This document shows positions 58,641 through 64,000 of a stretch of DNA of 64,000 nucleotides, one piece after another. A program made the position numbers and the translations under genes. Below the pieces are notes generated by a model. The model was not told the DNA's origin, did no database searches, and saw only the letters and a list, made by a program, of their open reading frames with translations. Every line of letters starts with the position of its first letter. The stretch's first letter is position 1. The stretch covers positions 13,816 through 77,815 of the forward strand of contig CACDQA010000001.1 of assembly GCA_902554745.1 (NCBI GenBank), in the 5' to 3' direction. The DNA is from an uncultured Pelagibacteraceae bacterium. Lineage in GTDB: Bacteria > Pseudomonadota > Alphaproteobacteria > Pelagibacterales > Pelagibacteraceae.

Positions 58641-59183
58641 ATGAAAACAATTGAAGAAATAAACCAGCATAACGTTAACAAAATTCTTTCAGAGAAAAAA
58701 ATTCCAGAATTTTATCCTGGAGATGTTGTTAAAGTTGGAGTGAGAATTACCGAGGGTAAAAAAGAAAGAATTCAATATTTTGAGGGAGTGTGTATTGCTA
58801 AAAAAAGCAGAGACCTAAACTCATCTTTTACAGTTAGAAAAATTTCCTTTGGAGAGGGTGTTGAGAGAACTTTCCCATTATTTGGAACTTTAATTGATTC
58901 AATTAAGGTTATTAGATCAGGAAAAGTAAGAAGAGCAAAACTTTATTATCTAAGAGACAGAACTGGTAAATCAGCAAGAATTGCAGAAAAAATTAGAAAA
59001 AAAATTGGTATTGATATTGAGGCAAAACCAGAAACTGTTACAGAGGAAAATGTAGCTCCTGCAGTAGAAGTACCAAAAGAGGAAGCTCCTAAAGCAGAAG
59101 CAGCACCTAAAGAAGAGGCGGCTCCAGCAGCAGAGGCTCCTAAAGAAGAACAAAAATCAGAAAGCTCTACAGAAAAAAAATAA
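58641..59183 (+). CDS. rplS: 50S ribosomal protein L19 with Ala/Glu/Pro-rich tail
   Basis: [24 protein letters not shown] and [10 protein letters not shown] motifs; ATG 58641 preferred. Confidence 0.96.
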   Translation: MKTIEEINQHNVNKILSEKKIPEFYPGDVVKVGVRITEGKKERIQYFEGVCIAKKSRDLNSSFTVRKISFGEGVERTFPLFGTLIDSIKVIRSGKVRRAKLYYLRDRTGKSARIAEKIRKKIGIDIEAKPETVTEENVAPAVEVPKEEAPKAEAAPKEEAAPAAEAPKEEQKSESSTEKK

Positions 59184-59194
59184 TTTTTTTTTCA

Positions 59195-60598
59195 ATGTCT
59201 ACAACATTATACGATAAAATTTGGAACGATCATCTAGTTGATCAACAAGATGATGGCACATCTTTACTTTTTGTAGATAGACATTTAATTCATGAGGTGA
59301 CAAGCCCCCAAGCTTTTGAAGGATTAAGAAATTCTAATAGAAAAGTTAGACATCCAAATTTAACTTTAGCAGTTGCAGATCATAATGTTCCAACAACTGA
59401 CAGATCAAAAGGTATTTCAGATGAAGAGTCAAAAATTCAAGTAGATACTTTAGAGGCAAATTGTAAAGAATTCGGTGTTCAGTTATTTGGTATGGATGAT
59501 AAGAGGCAAGGTATCGTTCATATCATAGGACCTGAACAAGGTTTTACTCAACCAGGTACAGTTATTGTTTGTGGAGACAGCCATACCGCAACGCATGGAG
59601 CATTTGGTGCTTTAGCATTTGGAATAGGAACTTCAGAAGTTGAACATGTTTTAGCAACCCAAACATTAGTTCAGAAGAAAGCTAAAAATTTTAGAATTAA
59701 TGTCAATGGTGAACTTCCTTTAGGAGTTACTTCTAAAGATGTAATACTTCAAATAATTGGAAAAATAGGTACAGCAGGTGGAACAGGATCTGTTGTGGAA
59801 TATGCTGGAGATTTAATAAGATCTTTAAGTGTTGAGCAAAGAATGACTATTTGCAATATGACAATTGAAGGCGGTGCAAGAGCAGGATTAATTGCACCAG
59901 ATGAAAAAATTTTTGAATATTTAAAAGGGAAACCAATGTCTCCAAAAGGTGAAAATTGGGATAAAGCTTTGAACTATTGGGAAACTTTAAAAACAGACGC
60001 TGATGCTAGTTTTGATAAAGAAATTAGCCTTAATGCAAATGAAATTTTACCCATGATTACATGGGGTACGTCACCACAAGATGTAATAACAATTAATGGA
60101 AAAGTTCCAAATCCAAATAATGAGACCGATGAAGATAAAAAAAATTCAATTGAAAGAGCTTTAAAGTATATGGGTCTAAAACCTGACATGGCAGCCACAG
60201 ATATAAAAATAGATAAAGTATTTATTGGTAGTTGTACTAATGGCAGAATAGAAGATTTGAGAGAAGCAGCAAAAATCCTAAAAGATAAAAAAGTATCATC
60301 GCATGTTAATGCTATAGTAGTTCCAGGGTCAGGCTTAGTTAAAGAACAAGCAGAGCAAGAAGGACTAGATAAAATTTTTGTTAGCTCAGGGTTTGAATGG
60401 AGAGAACCAGGTTGCTCTATGTGTTTAGCGATGAATGCCGATAAATTAAAGCCAGAAGAAAGATGCGCCTCTACATCAAATAGAAATTTTGAGGGAAGAC
60501 AAGGTAGAGGTGGTAGAACCCATCTAGTTAGTCCAGGAATGGCTGCAGCAGCTGCAATTTCAGGTAATTTAGATGATGTCAGAAAGTATCAAAATTAA
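59195..60598 (+). CDS. leuC: 3-isopropylmalate dehydratase large subunit
   Basis: [24 protein letters not shown] and [12 protein letters not shown] motifs. Confidence 0.98.
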   Translation: MSTTLYDKIWNDHLVDQQDDGTSLLFVDRHLIHEVTSPQAFEGLRNSNRKVRHPNLTLAVADHNVPTTDRSKGISDEESKIQVDTLEANCKEFGVQLFGMDDKRQGIVHIIGPEQGFTQPGTVIVCGDSHTATHGAFGALAFGIGTSEVEHVLATQTLVQKKAKNFRINVNGELPLGVTSKDVILQIIGKIGTAGGTGSVVEYAGDLIRSLSVEQRMTICNMTIEGGARAGLIAPDEKIFEYLKGKPMSPKGENWDKALNYWETLKTDADASFDKEISLNANEILPMITWGTSPQDVITINGKVPNPNNETDEDKKNSIERALKYMGLKPDMAATDIKIDKVFIGSCTNGRIEDLREAAKILKDKKVSSHVNAIVVPGSGLVKEQAEQEGLDKIFVSSGFEWREPGCSMCLAMNADKLKPEERCASTSNRNFEGRQGRGGRTHLVSPGMAAAAAISGNLDDVRKYQN

Positions 60599-61205
60599 AT
60601 GCAAAAATTTAATAAATTAAAAAGTATCCCAGCTTATTTACCAATTGTAAATATTGATACAGACATGATAATTCCAAAACAGTTTTTTAAAAACTATCAA
60701 AAGAACCGGTCTTGGAAAAAATTTATTTTTTGAAATGAGATATGATGATCAAGGCAAAGAAATAAATGATTTTGTATTAAATAAAGATCCATTTAATAAA
60801 TCTAAAATTTTAATTGCTGGAAAAAACTTTGGGTGTGGTTCATCAAGAGAACATGCTCCATGGGCTTTATTAGATTTTGGAATTACTTGTGTAATAAGTT
60901 CAAGCTATGCAGATATTTTTTTTAGTAATTGTTTTAAAAATGGAATTTTGCCGATAATCCTTGAAGAAGAAAAAATCAAAGAACTATCTGAATACGCAAA
61001 TAGACAAGAAGAAATTTCTATTGATTTGCAAGAGGAAAAAATAGTTTATGGAAATAATGAGCTAAAATTTGAAGTCGATCCATTTAAGAAAAAATGTTTG
61101 TTAGAAGGGCTTGATGATATCGCTTTATCACTAAAAAAATCAGAAAAAATAGAAAAGTTTGAAACAAATTTAAAAAACGAAAAGCCTTGGGTATTTAATG
61201 ATTAA
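60599..61205 (+). CDS. leuD: 3-isopropylmalate dehydratase small subunit, interrupted by a +1 frameshift (extra T in T6 at 60683-60688); probable sequence error or recent pseudogene
   Basis: ATG 60599 reads ...[12 protein letters not shown]; removing one T restores [19 protein letters not shown] and joins the 60735-61205 ORF ([11 protein letters not shown]). Confidence 0.92.
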
Positions 61206-62304
61206 AGTAAAAAAAAGAAAAATACTTTTACTTCCTGGTGATGGTATTGGTCCGGAGGTAATAACAGAGGTAAAAAAAATTATTAACTGGTTTAATGATA
61301 AAAAATCTTTAGATTTTGAAATTGATCAGGAGCTAGTTGGTGGTTGTTCTTATGATAAACATGGTACCCCAATTACTGATGAGGTTTTTTACAAAGCACT
61401 AGAAAGTGAAGTAATTATGCTTGGAGCAGTTGGTGGTCCTACATGGGATAACCTAGAATTTTCCAAAAAACCAGAAAGAGCATTATTAAAACTCAGAAAA
61501 GAATTAAAGCTTTTTGCTAACTTACGGCCTGCAATTTGTTTTAAACAATTAGTCGATGCTTCAACCCTAAAGCCAGAAATAGTTTCAGGACTAGATATAA
61601 TGATAGTAAGAGAGTTAACAGGGGGTATATATTTTGGTGAACCTAGAGGAATTAAGCCAATTGAAAATGGAGAGAGAAAAGGAATTAATACACACACTTA
61701 TACGACTAGCGAAATTACTAGAGTAGCTAGGATCGCTTTTGATTTAGCTAGAAAAAGATCAAATAAGGTTACTTCGTGTGAAAAATCAAATGTGATGGAA
61801 GCAGGACAATTGTGGAAAGAAGAAGTCCAAGAACTTCATGAAAAAGAATACAAAGATGTAGAATTAAGTCATATGTTAGCAGACAATTGTGCTATGCAGC
61901 TCTTAAGAAACCCAAAACAATTTGATGTAATCGTAACAGATAATTTGTTTGGAGATATGTTGTCAGACCAAGCTTCAATGTTAACGGGATCTTTAGGTCT
62001 TTTACCTTCAGCATCTTTAGGTGCAAAAAATAAAGATGGTGAGATGAGAGCAATGTACGAGCCTATACACGGGTCAGCTCCAGATATAGCTGGTAAAGGG
62101 ATAGCAAATCCAATCGCTTCTATTTTGAGCTTTGCTATGGCACTAAGATATTCTTTAGATCTTGATAAAGAAGCAGATATTTTAGAAAAAGCAGTTCAAG
62201 ATGTTTTAAATGATGGATTAAGAACTAAAGATATAATGTCAGAGGGTATGAAAGAGACTTCCACGTCAGCAATGGGTGATGCGATAATTTCAAAATTGCA
62301 ATAA
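61198..62304 (+). CDS. leuB: 3-isopropylmalate dehydrogenase
   Basis: [26 protein letters not shown] and [13 protein letters not shown] motifs. Confidence 0.98.
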   Translation: MIKVKKRKILLLPGDGIGPEVITEVKKIINWFNDKKSLDFEIDQELVGGCSYDKHGTPITDEVFYKALESEVIMLGAVGGPTWDNLEFSKKPERALLKLRKELKLFANLRPAICFKQLVDASTLKPEIVSGLDIMIVRELTGGIYFGEPRGIKPIENGERKGINTHTYTTSEITRVARIAFDLARKRSNKVTSCEKSNVMEAGQLWKEEVQELHEKEYKDVELSHMLADNCAMQLLRNPKQFDVIVTDNLFGDMLSDQASMLTGSLGLLPSASLGAKNKDGEMRAMYEPIHGSAPDIAGKGIANPIASILSFAMALRYSLDLDKEADILEKAVQDVLNDGLRTKDIMSEGMKETSTSAMGDAIISKLQ

Positions 62305-62330
62305 AACTAGAATTATTCTAAGCTTTAAAT

Positions 62331-64000
62331 ATGCCAAGTTACACCGCACCAGTAAAAGATATGATGTTTCTCTTTGAAAAATTAAGAGATAATAAGAATT
62401 ATAATGAGCTTGAAAAATATAATGAGGTGAGTGCTGATCTTGTTAAAGATATTTTAGAAGAAGCAGCTAAAATAAATCAAAATTTAATTTTACCTCTTGC
62501 TAAAGCAGGTGATGAAAATCCAGCAATTTTAGAAAATGGTGTTGTCAGAACACCACCGGGTTACAAAGAAGCATATCAGAAATACATTGAAGATGGTTGG
62601 ACGTCATTGTCTTGTGACCCCAAATATGGAGGCCAAGGAATGCCAAAAACAGTAAGCGCGTTCTTTGATGAAATGCTTTCCTCAGCCAGTTTGTCATTTA
62701 AATTATATAGTGAACTTAGTATTGGTGCCTATAATTGTATTAATCATCATGCTTCAGATGAAATTAAAGATAAATATTTACCAAAGATCGTCGAAGGTAA
62801 ATGGAGTGGCACTATGTGTTTAACAGAACCAGTCTGTGGTACAGACTTAGGTTTGTTAAAAACCAAAGCTGTCAAACAATCTGATGACACCTATAAAATT
62901 AGTGGTCAAAAGATTTTTATAACTTCTGGTGATCATGACTTAACTGAAAATATTATTCATTTAGTTTTAGCAAGATCAACGGACTCTCCTGCGGGGACTA
63001 AAGGAATTAGTTTATTTTTAGTTCCAAAATTTATTGTAAATAAAGATGGTAGTGTTGGTCAAAGAAATGGAATTTCAACAGGATCTATTGAAAGCAAAAT
63101 GGGAATTAAGGGTTCAGCAACATGTGTTTTAAATTTTGATGAAGCAACTGGGTATATGATTGGTAACAAAGACAAAGGTCTTAGCGCTATGTTTACTATG
63201 ATGAACCTTGAGAGAATAGTGGTAGGTATTCAAGGTTTAGGAATTTCTGAAATTGCTTATCAAAACTCACTTGCCTATGCAAAAGAGAGAAAACAAGGCA
63301 AAACAAATAATTCAAAATCTACTAATGGAGCAGATTTTATTATTGAACATGCAGATATTAGAAGATCTTTACTTAATATGAAGTCAATCATTGAAGGTGA
63401 AAGAGCTTTATGTTTTTGGTTATCACAACAAACTGAGGTGAGTCTTTATCATCCAGATGAAAAAATTAAACAAGAAGCTTTGGATTATGTTTCATTGATG
63501 ACACCAGTTGTTAAATCATTATTTACAGATTTAGCTATGGAAATTACGAATGACGCGATGCAAATACATGGTGGATATGGGTATACTAAAGACCAAGGAA
63601 TAGAACAATTATATAGAGATAATCGTATTACCCCAATTTATGAAGGAACAAATTCTGTTCAGGCAGCAGATTTAGTATTTAGAAAATTATCAAATAAAAA
63701 TGGCGATATTATCAATAAGTTTTTAGATATGATTAAATCTGAGTGTGATAGTAAAAATGAAAAAGTAAAAACATTTTCAAAAGAATTAAATCATTATTTA
63801 GATATTTTATCTAAGTTCACCGACTGGATTAAGGATAAACATAAAATCGAAAAAGACGATGTTAGTGCTGCAGCAAACGATTATTTGAGAAGTCTGGGAT
63901 ATGTTTCAATTGCTTATGCTTGGATTAAAATTTTAGATGTAAGTTTTAGTGATTTTGAAAAAAATAAAGAATTTTATAGTGATAAAATAAATACCGCAAA
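62331..64000 (+). CDS. acyl-CoA dehydrogenase, DmdC (MMPA-CoA dehydrogenase)-like; truncated by the window end and absent from the ORF track
   Basis: Manual translation: MPSYTAPVKDM..., GTMCLTEPVCGTDLG, KIFITSGDHDLTENIIHLVLAR, KMGIKGSATC, GGYGY and IYEGTNSVQA. Confidence 0.85.
   Translation, partial: MPSYTAPVKDMMFLFEKLRDNKNYNELEKYNEVSADLVKDILEEAAKINQNLILPLAKAGDENPAILENGVVRTPPGYKEAYQKYIEDGWTSLSCDPKYGGQGMPKTVSAFFDEMLSSASLSFKLYSELSIGAYNCINHHASDEIKDKYLPKIVEGKWSGTMCLTEPVCGTDLGLLKTKAVKQSDDTYKISGQKIFITSGDHDLTENIIHLVLARSTDSPAGTKGISLFLVPKFIVNKDGSVGQRNGISTGSIESKMGIKGSATCVLNFDEATGYMIGNKDKGLSAMFTMMNLERIVVGIQGLGISEIAYQNSLAYAKERKQGKTNNSKSTNGADFIIEHADIRRSLLNMKSIIEGERALCFWLSQQTEVSLYHPDEKIKQEALDYVSLMTPVVKSLFTDLAMEITNDAMQIHGGYGYTKDQGIEQLYRDNRITPIYEGTNSVQAADLVFRKLSNKNGDIINKFLDMIKSECDSKNEKVKTFSKELNHYLDILSKFTDWIKDKHKIEKDDVSAAANDYLRSLGYVSIAYAWIKILDVSFSDFEKNKEFYSDKINTA

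Noticed and set aside
60681-60693. TTTTTTA as a programmed -1 frameshift site
   Set aside because: Restoring LeuD needs +1, not -1, and I see no stimulatory structure
3570-61697. Other short nested or antisense ORFs in the track (e.g. 3570, 16284, 37025, 38267, 49101, 61389)
   Set aside because: All lie inside well-supported genes and show no independent coding signal

Overview
AT-rich (about 30% GC by eye), very densely packed bacterial chromosome segment. Gene content, tiny or overlapping intergenic gaps and the ffh leader point to a streamlined marine alphaproteobacterium of the SAR11/Pelagibacter type (inference). Housekeeping blocks are tsaD, hemCD, folD, argG, ccmCDEFGH, ftsY, dapF, ffh-rpsP-trmD-rplS-leuCDB and a partial DmdC-like acyl-CoA dehydrogenase. 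Between them sit several accessory modules: (i) a haloacetate dehalogenase + TauD-family dioxygenase + AEC permease operon; (ii) a photorepair cluster with an Fe-S-free (6-4) photolyase, an inverted-domain short photolyase, a DUF2256 micro-protein missed by the ORF track and a Tyr-less SDR; (iii) lldD-aminotransferase-glcDEF-glyoxylate reductase-mmsB; (iv) an AcoR-like regulator lacking its AAA+ domain, divergent from an alcohol dehydrogenase and an ABC importer with GlpS/GlpT-like ATPases; (v) two tandem TRAP systems sharing a duplicated promoter/Tat-signal block, one with a malonamidase-like amidase and one with a giant DctM. Non-coding highlights are a candidate anti-Shine-Dalgarno hairpin sRNA between hspQ and ccmC and the structured ffh leader. 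leuD carries a +1 homopolymer frameshift. I saw no rRNA, tRNA, CRISPR or mobile element. All family calls come from motif recognition by eye, not database searches.
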